64,000 nucleotides of DNA from an uncultured Desulfobulbia bacterium. Its GTDB lineage: Bacteria; Desulfobacterota; Desulfobulbia; Desulfobulbales; CG2-30-60-27. Under the pieces are notes generated by a model that saw only the letters and a program-made list of their open reading frames with translations, was not told the DNA's origin and did no database searches. Both the position numbers and the translations under genes were made by a program. The stretch covers positions 13,374 through 77,373 of the forward strand of contig CAYUCH010000002.1 of assembly GCA_964443295.1 (NCBI GenBank), written 5' to 3'. Within the stretch, counting starts at the first letter, position 1; the number at the start of each line of letters is the position of its first letter. Below are positions 1 through 9,760 of this stretch, piece by piece.

Positions 1-620
1 ATGTAGCCAGGCAGGTTAATCATATCAGTGATACCTTTCACCGCCTGGACTAATACGTCATCCACCATTTTCATGCCATCCAGGAATCGCGCTCCTTTTC
101 CAGAAAGAGAAAGAAGCCTGTCATTGGGAATGGTGATGATTGTATCAGCATGTTTTTTCAGCTCTTCCCAACCTTTGTCGGCATTTTTCATCCGCACTTT
201 GCCTTCAAAACAAAAAGGTTTGGTAACAACGGCAACGGTAAGTGCCCCTGCCTCTTTACATACTCTTGCCACCACAGGCGCGGCACCCGTACCTGTTCCT
301 CCCCCCATACCAGCGGTGATAAAAACCATATCGGTATCTCGGACAAGATTTCGAATTTCATCGGCATTCTCTTCAGCCGATTCCCTACCAAGTTCCGGGT
401 TGGCGCCAGCACCAAGACCCTTGGCCGCATTGGCACCAAGTTGAATACGGATATCAGCCTTGGAATCATCAAGGTCCTGCATATCGGTATTGCCCGATAT
501 AAATTCAACTCCCTGGAGTTGTTCTGCGACCATGGTGTTCACGGCATTACCGCCACCACCACCGAGACCGAAAACTTTGATCCTTGCCCGCGAGGCACTC
601 TCCACTAGCTTAAAAGTCAT
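1..620 (-). CDS. ftsZ: Cell division GTPase FtsZ, N-terminal ~206 codons; the gene runs off the window edge
   Basis: Absent from the ORF track because there is no stop in the window. My reverse-strand translation from the ATG at 620-618 reads MTFKLVESASRARIKVFGLGGGGGNAVNTM...MVFITAGMGGGTGTGAAPVVA...VVTKPFCFEG, which contains the tubulin/FtsZ signature. It lies directly downstream of ftsA. Confidence 0.93.
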   Translation of the reverse strand, partial: MTFKLVESASRARIKVFGLGGGGGNAVNTMVAEQLQGVEFISGNTDMQDLDDSKADIRIQLGANAAKGLGAGANPELGRESAEENADEIRNLVRDTDMVFITAGMGGGTGTGAAPVVARVCKEAGALTVAVVTKPFCFEGKVRMKNADKGWEELKKHADTIITIPNDRLLSLSGKGARFLDGMKMVDDVLVQAVKGITDMINLPGY

Positions 621-740
621 AACTACCCCCATCAATTCAAACGCAACTGTTCTTTGCTAAAAAAAACGATTACGCCATGTACCGCGTCTCCCCAATAAGG
701 ACCGGAACCAATATTCTCATTTCACCTAATAACAACCAAC

Positions 741-1976
741 TCAAATCACCTTCCGAAACCAATCCCGCATACGACCAGAAATTCGTCCCAAAAACCTGTC
801 ATCCTTAGCTCGGAACTGACTTTGAGGCTCATTTTTCATACCATAAATGACCAATCCGACTCCTGTTGCACATTGAGGAGTACTGACAATATCAGTAATA
901 CCACCAACTCCCTGGGGATACCCAAGCCGGACTGGCAAATCAAAAATTTGTTCTGCCAACTCTGTCATATTCGCCAACAATGAAGTTCCACCGGTAATGA
1001 CCAGACCGGCATTGATCATATCTTTACACCTGGACTCAGTGAGTTCGTGATTAATCAAAGTGAACATTTCTTCAACTCTTGGCTCAAGAATTTCACCCAT
1101 TACTCGTCGGGACATCTTGCGAGGCTTCCTTCCCCCAACACTGGGCACTTCTACTGTTTGATCCTTATCAATCAAGGATGACAGTGAGCACCCGAATTCT
1201 TCCTTCAGCCTTTCTGCTTCTTTCAAGGGAGTACGAAGGCCTATTGACAGATCATTGGTCAGGTTGTGGCCTCCTAGTCCCAAAACAAAAGTATGTTTAA
1301 TGGTACCGTCGGCAAAAATAGCTAAATCTGATGTACCTCCACCAATATCGAGGAGGCCGATTCCCAGTTCCATTTCCTCTTTAGTAAGAACCGCTCCTGC
1401 AGAGGCCAAAGGTTCAAGCACAACATCAGACACTTCAAGGCCGGCTACATTGCAACATTTCACGATATTCCGCACCGGAGTTATAGCCCCAACCACGATA
1501 TGGACGTCAGCTTCGAGACGCACCCCCGTCATTCCCAGTGGATATTGAATGCCTTCCTGGGAGTCAACAATGAACTCCTGGGGCAACACGTGAATAATCT
1601 CTTGATCCGGGGGTATATTTACCGCTCGGGCTGCATCCACAACCCGATCTATATCAAGTTGGCGTATTTCCCTGTTGCGGGTGGGCACCAGGCCTCGACT
1701 GTTGAAACCTTTTATGTGGCTACCGGCAATTCCAACATATACCGACGAAATATGGCATCCCGCCATACGTTCTGCTTCATCGATGGCTTTTTTGATGGAA
1801 TGAACGGTGGATTCAATATTTACCACCACTCCCTTGCGAAGCCCCACAGAAGGAGCAATACCAATACCGACTATATCAACTTCGTCCTTAGAATGGGCTT
1901 CACCAACCACCACGCATATCTTAGTGGTGCCAATATCAAGGCCGACTATTAACTCTCCTCTGTTCTTTTGTGCCAT
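741..1976 (-). CDS. ftsA: Cell division protein FtsA (actin-like ATPase)
   Basis: 411 aa. The N-terminus reads IVGLDIGTTKICVVVGE, followed by DIGGGTSDLAIF and ITGGTSLL motifs. It sits between ftsQ and ftsZ. Confidence 0.93.
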   Translation of the reverse strand: MAQKNRGELIVGLDIGTTKICVVVGEAHSKDEVDIVGIGIAPSVGLRKGVVVNIESTVHSIKKAIDEAERMAGCHISSVYVGIAGSHIKGFNSRGLVPTRNREIRQLDIDRVVDAARAVNIPPDQEIIHVLPQEFIVDSQEGIQYPLGMTGVRLEADVHIVVGAITPVRNIVKCCNVAGLEVSDVVLEPLASAGAVLTKEEMELGIGLLDIGGGTSDLAIFADGTIKHTFVLGLGGHNLTNDLSIGLRTPLKEAERLKEEFGCSLSSLIDKDQTVEVPSVGGRKPRKMSRRVMGEILEPRVEEMFTLINHELTESRCKDMINAGLVITGGTSLLANMTELAEQIFDLPVRLGYPQGVGGITDIVSTPQCATGVGLVIYGMKNEPQSQFRAKDDRFLGRISGRMRDWFRKVI

Positions 1977-2228
1977 TACTTCTCCCGGGCATTTTTCATC
2001 ATTCGCCCGTATATTTTCAGTCCAAAGTCAAAGGTTTATCGGTCTCGCTTTTTTCCCCTCCGGGTACGAATAGTAATGAGGGTAAAACAGCTAGACGAAC
2101 ATGTTCCACACCGTACGAGTTAATATACTATGCAACCCCTGAAACATTTTGACTTCTACATGTTCATCAATGGTTTGGAAACACTACAATTTCAGCCTCA
2201 TAATCCTACGAAGAATAATTCATACATA

Positions 2229-3053
2229 TTATCCTGAACCGCCCTTCTCCACCAGTACTTTATTGCCTAAATATTCTAATCTTATGGCTGTGGTTTGTTT
2301 AAATTCACCCTTCTTGTAGAGCCAGCCAAGGACCCTGGCCAATCTCTTGTATTTTTTACCCATATCTCCTTGTCCTAAAAAAATCGGAAAAGGCCGATCC
2401 GCAAGAAAAAGAATGAGTTTCTCATCGCCAGACAAATGCAATTGAGAAATATTCTGCCTTGGTAAATTTGTATTCCCCCTGCCAGCCCATCTTATCAATT
2501 GCAGTGCATCAACCAACCCGGCTCTATGTTCCTGCCCACCCGCAGCACCACCACTTATGCCTGTTATCACCGGGAAATCCAAGGCATCTCCTTTTTTTAA
2601 AGATGCAAAAATGGTTCCAGCTCCATCCACATAGCTTAGTCCTGCTTCATTCGAAATCAAAGCTGCCGGCCTTCTCTCCTTCAAAGAGATAAGCAGCCGG
2701 TTTGGGAAATCACGCAATACCCTGACAGATTTAATCCAAGGATGCGCTATTAATCTTTCTTCCACAGCGGTCTTATTCACTGCTAATAAATTGGAGTGAA
2801 TATTAATACCACTGAGTTCAACTACTTCTGCTTTTTCAACCTTGTCTGTGCCGCTGATTTTAATGGAGGTTATCTGAAAAAAATCCGACCGTACCAAAAG
2901 GCTATGCAGGCCGAAACCAACCACCGCGAAAATGACGCCGGCCACTGCAACAGCTGTCACTACTGCTATGGCTTTCCGTTTCCAACTTACCGAGTCCGCT
3001 CTGGGGGGCGAGTATCTGCCGCCCCGATATTTGCCCACCGGCCCCCTTTTCAT
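2229..3053 (-). CDS. ftsQ: Cell division protein FtsQ (single TM plus POTRA)
   Basis: 274 aa with a TM helix (AIAVVTAVAVAGVIFAVVGFGL) followed by a POTRA-like ITSIKISGTDKVEKAEVVELSGI segment. Position upstream of ftsA supports the call. Confidence 0.85.
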   Translation of the reverse strand: MKRGPVGKYRGGRYSPPRADSVSWKRKAIAVVTAVAVAGVIFAVVGFGLHSLLVRSDFFQITSIKISGTDKVEKAEVVELSGINIHSNLLAVNKTAVEERLIAHPWIKSVRVLRDFPNRLLISLKERRPAALISNEAGLSYVDGAGTIFASLKKGDALDFPVITGISGGAAGGQEHRAGLVDALQLIRWAGRGNTNLPRQNISQLHLSGDEKLILFLADRPFPIFLGQGDMGKKYKRLARVLGWLYKKGEFKQTTAIRLEYLGNKVLVEKGGSG

Positions 3054-3130
3054 TGTTCACATCCCTTCTTATAACTGACCTCGCCTTTACCTGTCCCCCA
3101 CCCGTTTTGTTCCCCAATTGTATTCCCCCA

Positions 3131-4204
3131 CTAATGGTGCTTCCCATCCTTTTTCGCCCACACATCTACTTCAGGCTCCAGCATAATGCCGGAGTGGGAC
3201 CACACCTTTTCCTGAACTAATTCCATCAGCGCCACAATATCACCTGCTGTGGCTCCACCAGCATTGACGATAAAATTTGCATGATGCTGTGAAACGACAG
3301 CACCTCCGACACGAAGACCTTTCAGCCCAGCATCCTCAATTAATCGACCCGCTGGAATATGAGACGGATTTTTAAAAAATGATCCTGCACTGGCCACTCC
3401 ATGCGGTTGACCTGCCTTCCGTCTCTTTATTAAGTCCCGGGAATGTGATTTGATCTTCTCAATCTCTGCTTTACGAAAGCGAAAAACACCCGCTAAAATT
3501 ATTGCATTTTCCTTTGATTGCCCCTCATTTGGTGCGAGCTCAACAAAGTCTTTTGTATCGGAATACCTTATCAATAATTTTCGATATGAAAATTGGCAAT
3601 CCTGCCTTGGAATTGTTCGATTATTTCCATCAGAATCCATTACCAATATAGATTCTGTCACATTGCTCATGTCTCCTCCAAAAGCACCAGCGTTCATAAG
3701 TAATGCGCCGCCTATGCTCCCAGGTATTCCAGAGGCAAATTCCAGCCCGGCCAGGCTGTTTTCCAGGGTCCATTTCACCAGACCTGTCAGACTGCAGCCC
3801 GCATCAACCTGGACTACTACCTGGTCTTCATTCTGTTCCAATTTAGTTATTGATGAAAATGGTTTACCCAGAACAATAACAACGCCTGGATACCCCTCAT
3901 CCGGCACCAAAATATTACTTCCCCTGCCAATTACCCGCCAAGGGATGTTATTTTCATTCAACCCTGCTACCAAGCTGGACAATTCATCAACTCCAGTTGG
4001 CATAATCAAAGCTTCTGCAGGCCCCCCTACTTTAAAAGTTGAAAAATAGGCTAAGGAGCAATTCCACAAAATGTCACCCTTCCAAAAATTTTCTAATTTC
4101 TCTGCATAGGAAGGTTTATATTCATCCTGGCCACTGGAAAATGTCTGACCCTTCTTCTGAAATTTCGCAGCAGACATATTCCCGAGCTCCCCTATTTCTC
4201 CCAT
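3131..4204 (-). CDS. murB: UDP-N-acetylenolpyruvoylglucosamine reductase MurB; long N-terminal extension, so the true start may be internal
   Basis: Contains FKVGGPAEAL, GRGSNILV and GSFFKNP motifs typical of the FAD-binding MurB family. dcw context supports the call. Confidence 0.88.
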   Translation of the reverse strand: MGEIGELGNMSAAKFQKKGQTFSSGQDEYKPSYAEKLENFWKGDILWNCSLAYFSTFKVGGPAEALIMPTGVDELSSLVAGLNENNIPWRVIGRGSNILVPDEGYPGVVIVLGKPFSSITKLEQNEDQVVVQVDAGCSLTGLVKWTLENSLAGLEFASGIPGSIGGALLMNAGAFGGDMSNVTESILVMDSDGNNRTIPRQDCQFSYRKLLIRYSDTKDFVELAPNEGQSKENAIILAGVFRFRKAEIEKIKSHSRDLIKRRKAGQPHGVASAGSFFKNPSHIPAGRLIEDAGLKGLRVGGAVVSQHHANFIVNAGGATAGDIVALMELVQEKVWSHSGIMLEPEVDVWAKKDGKHH

Positions 4205-4233
4205 GAATTACACCCTGTTGATTCCTCTATTTA

Positions 4234-5616
4234 TTAATTTTCACCGGACATCAAATCTAAGAGTTTTTCCCCCGTTTGCCATATACTCCCTGCACCAAGG
4301 GTTAAAATCACATCACCAGTTTTTATTTCCGATATCACTTCTTTTGGTAGGTCGGATATTTGCTCAACAAATTGAACATGACGCTGACCGTGCTTTTTAA
4401 TTCCTTCTACCAAGTCTATCCCCGTAACATTGGGAATCGGCTCTTCACTTGCTGCATAAATTTCAGTTAAATAAAGTAAGTCAGCGCCGTGAAATGCTGT
4501 GCAGAATTCACGAAATAATGCTTGAGTTCTGCTGTATCGATGGGGTTGAAAGAGAACAATGAGACGCCGATCTGGCCAGGCTTCTCTCAAAGCTGAGATG
4601 GTTGCCTTTACTTCTGTGGGATGATGGCCATAGTCATCAACCACCGTCACATTATTTAATTCACCCTTAATCTGCACACGCCTCTGAACACCAGTGAATG
4701 TCTGCAAGGCATCGGCAATAACTGTAAAAGAAACTTCCAATTCCAGACCAACAGTGATGGCAGCAAGGGTATTTAAAACCCAATGTTGTCCTGGCATATT
4801 CAAGCTGACTGTTCCTAAAAGATCCTCACCGGCAAAAACTTCAAACTGTGTTTTAAATCCCTGGATAGATACATTTCTGGCCTGAATATCTGCTTGGTGG
4901 GAAAGACCATAGGTGGTGACCCGTTTGCTGAACTCCGGCAATAAATCGGTTATATGAGGATCATCCAGACAGAGAATTACTGTTCCGTAAAAGGGAATTT
5001 TCTCCATGAAAGCCAAGTAGGCGTCTTTTATATCTTCGATGCCGTCGTAGTAATCGAGATGTTCTCGGTCGATATTGGTGACCACTTCTAAAACAGGAGA
5101 TAATTGCAAAAATGAACCGTCGGATTCATCTGCTTCGGCAACCAAAAAATCTCCTTCACCCAACTTGGCGTTACTACCCAGACTATTTACTTTGCCACCG
5201 ATCACCACAGTTGGATCCAATCCCGCTTGAGCCAGAATCCACCCAACTAAAGATGTAGTGGAAGTTTTTCCATGGCTTCCTGCTATGGCCACACCGAATT
5301 TCTTCAATCGCATGAGCTCGGCGAGCATGGTAGCCCTTGGGATGACCGGAATGTGCATCGCCCTGGCAGCCTGAACTTCTGGATTATTTTCCTGTATTGC
5401 ACTGGAGACCACGACTACATCAGCATCCTGCACCAGATCAGCATCATGGCCTTTACTTATTTTACCACCGAGGCTGGCCAATCGCCTTGTGATGTCGGTT
5501 TCTGCAAGGTCAGAACCCGAGATGGAATATCCTAAATTCATCAGGACCTCGGCAATACCACTCATACCGATTCCGCCAATTCCGACAAAATGTATTTTCT
5601 TGGTTTTTTTATACAC
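4234..5616 (-). CDS. murC: UDP-N-acetylmuramate--L-alanine ligase MurC
   Basis: N-terminus reads IHFVGIGGIGMSGIAEVLMNLGYSISGSD, with a GSHGKTSTTS P-loop. The length (460 aa) fits. Confidence 0.93.
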   Translation of the reverse strand: MYKKTKKIHFVGIGGIGMSGIAEVLMNLGYSISGSDLAETDITRRLASLGGKISKGHDADLVQDADVVVVSSAIQENNPEVQAARAMHIPVIPRATMLAELMRLKKFGVAIAGSHGKTSTTSLVGWILAQAGLDPTVVIGGKVNSLGSNAKLGEGDFLVAEADESDGSFLQLSPVLEVVTNIDREHLDYYDGIEDIKDAYLAFMEKIPFYGTVILCLDDPHITDLLPEFSKRVTTYGLSHQADIQARNVSIQGFKTQFEVFAGEDLLGTVSLNMPGQHWVLNTLAAITVGLELEVSFTVIADALQTFTGVQRRVQIKGELNNVTVVDDYGHHPTEVKATISALREAWPDRRLIVLFQPHRYSRTQALFREFCTAFHGADLLYLTEIYAASEEPIPNVTGIDLVEGIKKHGQRHVQFVEQISDLPKEVISEIKTGDVILTLGAGSIWQTGEKLLDLMSGEN

Positions 5617-5671
5617 TCTCTTTTTTTATACCCTTATAGATAGCCCTATACTGCCATTACAGATTCGCTTC

Positions 5672-6820
5672 TCACCAAACATGAAGCCCATTGCTACTTG
5701 CACCTGCCGGTTGGCCGCCACGTCGTTCACCATATACCGCCAAACATTCATCAATTATCATCTCCGTTGCCTGTGGAAAAGCAACCCGCCCCATTCTGTC
5801 TGCCATTCTCTGCCGCTCTGCTGGATCACCCAAAAGTCTTCCAATTTCTTCCCCAAGTTTTTGCTCGTTAAGATCTTCTTCTCTAAACGATTGAGCACCT
5901 CCAGCTTCAACGATGTAGCTGGCATTTTTTTCTTGATGATTGTCTGCTGCATAGGGATAAGGAATAAGCAAAGCAGGTATCTGAAGTACCGATAATTCTG
6001 CCAAAGTTGTTGCTCCTGCACGGGAAACGGCTAAATCTGCACCTTCGTAGACAGAAACCATATCATCAAAAAAGGCCGCCACCCTCGCTTGGATGCCGGC
6101 CCTTTTGTAAATCTGGTTTATTTCTTCTTCGTCCCGCAGGCCTGTTTGATGAACAACCTTGAAATCCTCTGGAAGGTTCTCAACTTCATTAACCAATGTG
6201 CCTGCCACCAGGCTGTTCACCTTATGAGCCCCTTGACTACCGCCTAGTACCAGCAGAGTTGTCTGCTTCTTCACCTTGGTATCCATTTTGCCAAGAAGCT
6301 CTCCGCGGACAGGATTACCAGTGAGAACGGATTTTCCAACCGGGAAATAAGTCTCACTACCAGGAATGGAAATAAATATTTTATTGGCAAGTTTCCCCAG
6401 AAGTCTGTTTGCCATTCCTGGTATGGAATTCTGTTCATGAATACAGGTTGGTATACTAAGAAGTTTTGCTGCCAACACCACCGGGCCGGTGACATACCCT
6501 CCGACTCCAAAAACCAGATCCGGTTTAAACCCATGGATAATCCGCAGTGCCTTTCCAATACTCAATGGCATTTGCAATAGAGTGGAAAGTCTTCCAATTA
6601 TGCTTTTGCCTTTCAAAGCACCAGACTTCAATGTGATGGTGGAAAATTGACGATTTTGCAAGGCTCTTGCATCAACAACTCGTTCTGTTCCTACAAAAAG
6701 TACCTGACCTTCCGGAAACCGTGACAGAAATTTTTCAGCCACAGCTATCCCTGGAAAAAGATGCCCACCAGTTCCACCTCCGGTGACTAGGACTTTTGTA
6801 ATTGTTTTTTGCCTTTTCAC
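5672..6820 (-). CDS. murG: Lipid II-forming glycosyltransferase MurG
   Basis: Reads VLVTGGGTGGHLFPGIAVAE at the N-terminus and has a GT28 C-terminal GAGTLAEL-like block (RAGATTLAELSV). Confidence 0.92.
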   Translation of the reverse strand: MKRQKTITKVLVTGGGTGGHLFPGIAVAEKFLSRFPEGQVLFVGTERVVDARALQNRQFSTITLKSGALKGKSIIGRLSTLLQMPLSIGKALRIIHGFKPDLVFGVGGYVTGPVVLAAKLLSIPTCIHEQNSIPGMANRLLGKLANKIFISIPGSETYFPVGKSVLTGNPVRGELLGKMDTKVKKQTTLLVLGGSQGAHKVNSLVAGTLVNEVENLPEDFKVVHQTGLRDEEEINQIYKRAGIQARVAAFFDDMVSVYEGADLAVSRAGATTLAELSVLQIPALLIPYPYAADNHQEKNASYIVEAGGAQSFREEDLNEQKLGEEIGRLLGDPAERQRMADRMGRVAFPQATEMIIDECLAVYGERRGGQPAGASSNGLHVW

Positions 6821-6873
6821 TCAACCGTTTTCCTGTTGCTCACCATTCATGCGACAAATTTAAATTTCTCAAC

Positions 6874-7050
6874 CTAATGCATTCGCTGCCGTGGCTCGAA
6901 AAATTCTGTTTGTATCCTTTTCATGGTTATCTGAAAGCATTGTGGGCAATAACCATGTGAAAGGGTTTTATAATGTGAAATAAATTGCTCCACCCATCCA
7001 TTTGCACTTTTTGTCTTATGACATACACAACAAATTGTCCTCATCCTCAT
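6874..7050 (-). CDS. Small cysteine-motif (zinc-ribbon-like) protein of 58 aa, occupying the usual ftsW position
   Basis: The ORF track lists 6874..7056 with a TTG start. I prefer the ATG at 7050, which is preceded by GGGGGAG (7063-7057) with a 6-nt spacer. The sequence reads MRMRTICCVCHKTKSANGWVEQFISHYKTLSHGYCPQCFQ, i.e. CxxC...SHGxCPxC. Confidence 0.6.
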   Translation of the reverse strand: MRMRTICCVCHKTKSANGWVEQFISHYKTLSHGYCPQCFQITMKRIQTEFFEPRQRMH

Positions 7051-7118
7051 TTTCAACTCCCCCGAATTGCTTCCCCGTATTTCACAGGGAAATATATTGA
7101 TTTATTTTCCCCTACTTC

Positions 7119-8615
7119 TTAGGCGTCTTTAAAAATATTTCCCCCATTCCCCCCTTTGTTACGACGCCCTAATTTATCAACTGCCTTCCTAAATTCTTCC
7201 CCTCTTTCTGCGTATCCCCCAAACATGTCAAAACTTGCACAGGCCGGGGACAGAAGGACCACATCTCCCGGTTTGGCAAGTTCTGCGGCCATTAAAACAG
7301 CATCTGCCATGCTCTCTGCGCCATAATGCAGAGTTACCTGCGATAATGCCTCCGCCATTTCTTCTTTCGTTTCACCTATCAGCACACAGGCTCGCACTTT
7401 TTGCTCAGCTGCATGTGCCAATGCTTCATAGCCGCCTTCCTTCCCTCGCCCCCCGGCAATCAGGATGACAGGCTTCTCAAAAGACTCCAAGGCTGACACT
7501 GCCGCACCGACATTGGTCGCTTTTGAGTCATCGAAAAATTCCACCCCATTCATGGCACCCACTAAATCCAGACGATGAGGCAATGATGTGAATTGCTCTA
7601 AACCTTTTCGAACCCCTTCTTTGGAACACCCTAACAACCTGGCTGCAAGAATAGCTGCCATGGCATTATGCCTATTGGGTTCTTCACTTAAATTTGTTGC
7701 CGACAAGTCATATTGTTCCTGCGGAATGGAATCCCCAGGTGACGATAACACCTGGTTCCCTTTTAAAGATGTGCCTGGATGATCACCAATAGTCTTGCCA
7801 AAGTAGAAACAGTTAGCCGCCATATTCCGTTCCCCCCTTAATTGGTTTTGCTTTATCTCAGGGTCATCCAAATTCATAATTGCGAAACAGCGGTTATCTT
7901 GATTTCGAAAAATTGACCATTTTGACTCTACATACTCTTCATAAGAACTATATCGGTCCAGGTGGTCCGGGGTAATATTCAGCAATACCGCCACATCAGG
8001 CTTAAACATCCCAGCGGTATCTAATTGAAAACTACTGACTTCGAGAACAACAACATCATCTTCCTGATTCCCATTGACATACTCAGCCAAAGGAATACCG
8101 ATATTTCCTCCAACAAAAACTTTCTTCCCAGCTGCTTTGAACATGTCACCGATCAATGCTGTCACGGTGCTTTTTCCATTTGTTCCTGTGATGCCAATAC
8201 TTGGTGTTTTTAAAAATAGACAAGCCAAACCAAATTCACCAATAATCGGCACTCCTGCTCGCCTTCCTGCTTCTAAGCAAGGTATATCCAAAGGCACTCC
8301 TGGGCTCACCACAATGAAATCTGCTGTGGTAAAGAGTTGTTCTCGATTACAACCTGCCTCAATTTCCACTCCCAGTGCCTGTAATTCCGTAACAACATCA
8401 TTATCCAAAGAAGAGAGAGGACTACTTTCTGACACGGTAACTTTTACCTCACGGGAGTTGAGAAGATGTGCTGCTGCAATGCCAGACTTACCAAACCCAA
8501 CCACTACGGCTTGTTTGCCTGCTCGAATGGAACTTAAGCTCAAGGGGGCTTGGTCACTCATTTCGCCACCGTCCCTATGCTCAAAATTTCCAAGATCAAT
8601 TGCTACTTCTCCCAC
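7119..8615 (-). CDS. murD: UDP-N-acetylmuramoylalanine--D-glutamate ligase MurD; the start could be the internal Met at 8561
   Basis: Contains VVVGFGKSGIAAAHLL and a GITGTNGKSTVT P-loop, in dcw context. Confidence 0.92.
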   Translation of the reverse strand: MGEVAIDLGNFEHRDGGEMSDQAPLSLSSIRAGKQAVVVGFGKSGIAAAHLLNSREVKVTVSESSPLSSLDNDVVTELQALGVEIEAGCNREQLFTTADFIVVSPGVPLDIPCLEAGRRAGVPIIGEFGLACLFLKTPSIGITGTNGKSTVTALIGDMFKAAGKKVFVGGNIGIPLAEYVNGNQEDDVVVLEVSSFQLDTAGMFKPDVAVLLNITPDHLDRYSSYEEYVESKWSIFRNQDNRCFAIMNLDDPEIKQNQLRGERNMAANCFYFGKTIGDHPGTSLKGNQVLSSPGDSIPQEQYDLSATNLSEEPNRHNAMAAILAARLLGCSKEGVRKGLEQFTSLPHRLDLVGAMNGVEFFDDSKATNVGAAVSALESFEKPVILIAGGRGKEGGYEALAHAAEQKVRACVLIGETKEEMAEALSQVTLHYGAESMADAVLMAAELAKPGDVVLLSPACASFDMFGGYAERGEEFRKAVDKLGRRNKGGNGGNIFKDA

Positions 8616-8652
8616 TCTTATTCGCCTCTATCTTCCTGTGATACCTAAATTC

Positions 8653-9732
8653 TTATCTCAATTTCAAAGTTGCCAAGGCAGTCAACCCCAAAGCAATGGA
8701 CACTATCCAGAACCGCACCACTACTTTCGGCTCCGCCCAACCAATCTCTTCAAAATGGTGATGAAAAGGAGCCATTAGAAAAATTCGTTTGCCGCCGGAA
8801 ATCTTGAAATATCCCACCTGTAAAATCACAGATAATGCCTCCACCACAAACACCCCACCAACAATTGCCAAAAGAATTTCTTGTTTTATAATAATGGCAA
8901 CCATTCCCAACGCCGCCCCCAAAGACAAAGAGCCAACATCCCCCATAAAAACCTGGGCTGGATAGGCGTTGAACCACAGAAAACCTATACTCGCTCCCAC
9001 CAAGGCACCACAAAACACAGCAAGTTCACCGGCCCCGGGGACAAACGCAATTTGCAGATATGAGGATAAAACCGTGTGACCGGCTAGATATGAAAAAACC
9101 AAATACACAGAACTTGTGACCACCGTCGGCCCAGCAGCCAGACCATCGAGTCCATCGGTCAGATTCACCGCATTGGATGCTCCAACAATGACAAAGAGGG
9201 CAAAGAGGATATACCAAACACCCAGATCTGGACGTATATTCTTGAAAAATGGAAAGGTTAAATGACCATCAAATTCTGGAAACCCATAGAGGATCAATCC
9301 CGCTGCAACTGCTCCAAGACATTGCAAAAACAATTTCCCGCGTGAACTTAATCCTGCACTGCTCTTTTTAGAAATTTTCCGGTAATCATCGTAGGCCCCA
9401 ATAGCCCCAAACCATAGGGTAACTCCTAATACTAACCATACTAACTTGCTGCTTAAATCAACCCAGAGCAAGGTCGCGCCGGTTAGAGCGAGCAAGATAA
9501 GTAATCCCCCCATTGTGGGAACACCTTGCTTTGATAAATGGGATTCTGGTCCATCAGAGCGTACAACCTGACCAATCTGTTTTTTTTGTAGATATCGAAT
9601 AAATATCGGACCAACAATAAGAAGAACGGCAAATGCTGTAAGAGTAGCTCCGATGCATCTAAAGGTGATGTACCTGAATACGTTGAAACCACCGAACAGG
9701 GAATGGAGTGGATATAAAAAATGATACAGCAT
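8653..9732 (-). CDS. mraY: Phospho-N-acetylmuramoyl-pentapeptide transferase MraY
   Basis: A 359-aa polytopic membrane protein with [13 protein letters not shown] and the HHHFE motif. Confidence 0.94.
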   Translation of the reverse strand: MLYHFLYPLHSLFGGFNVFRYITFRCIGATLTAFAVLLIVGPIFIRYLQKKQIGQVVRSDGPESHLSKQGVPTMGGLLILLALTGATLLWVDLSSKLVWLVLGVTLWFGAIGAYDDYRKISKKSSAGLSSRGKLFLQCLGAVAAGLILYGFPEFDGHLTFPFFKNIRPDLGVWYILFALFVIVGASNAVNLTDGLDGLAAGPTVVTSSVYLVFSYLAGHTVLSSYLQIAFVPGAGELAVFCGALVGASIGFLWFNAYPAQVFMGDVGSLSLGAALGMVAIIIKQEILLAIVGGVFVVEALSVILQVGYFKISGGKRIFLMAPFHHHFEEIGWAEPKVVVRFWIVSIALGLTALATLKLR

Positions 9733-9760
9733 TTAATCCATCTCCCTCTTTATTGTTGTA

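Noticed and set aside
28-608. Plus-strand ORFs 28..444 and 150..608, and minus-strand ORF 188..508, overlap the start of the window.
   Set aside because: They are shadow ORFs of ftsZ. The reverse-strand frame starting at 620 gives an unmistakable FtsZ sequence, whereas these have low-complexity Pro/Ser/Ala-rich or nonsense translations.
6874-7050. The CCVCH string in the small dcw ORF matches the CxxCH c-type haem-binding motif.
   Set aside because: The protein has no signal peptide or TM segment, so it would not reach the cytochrome c maturation machinery. The paired distal CPQC fits a four-Cys zinc ribbon better.
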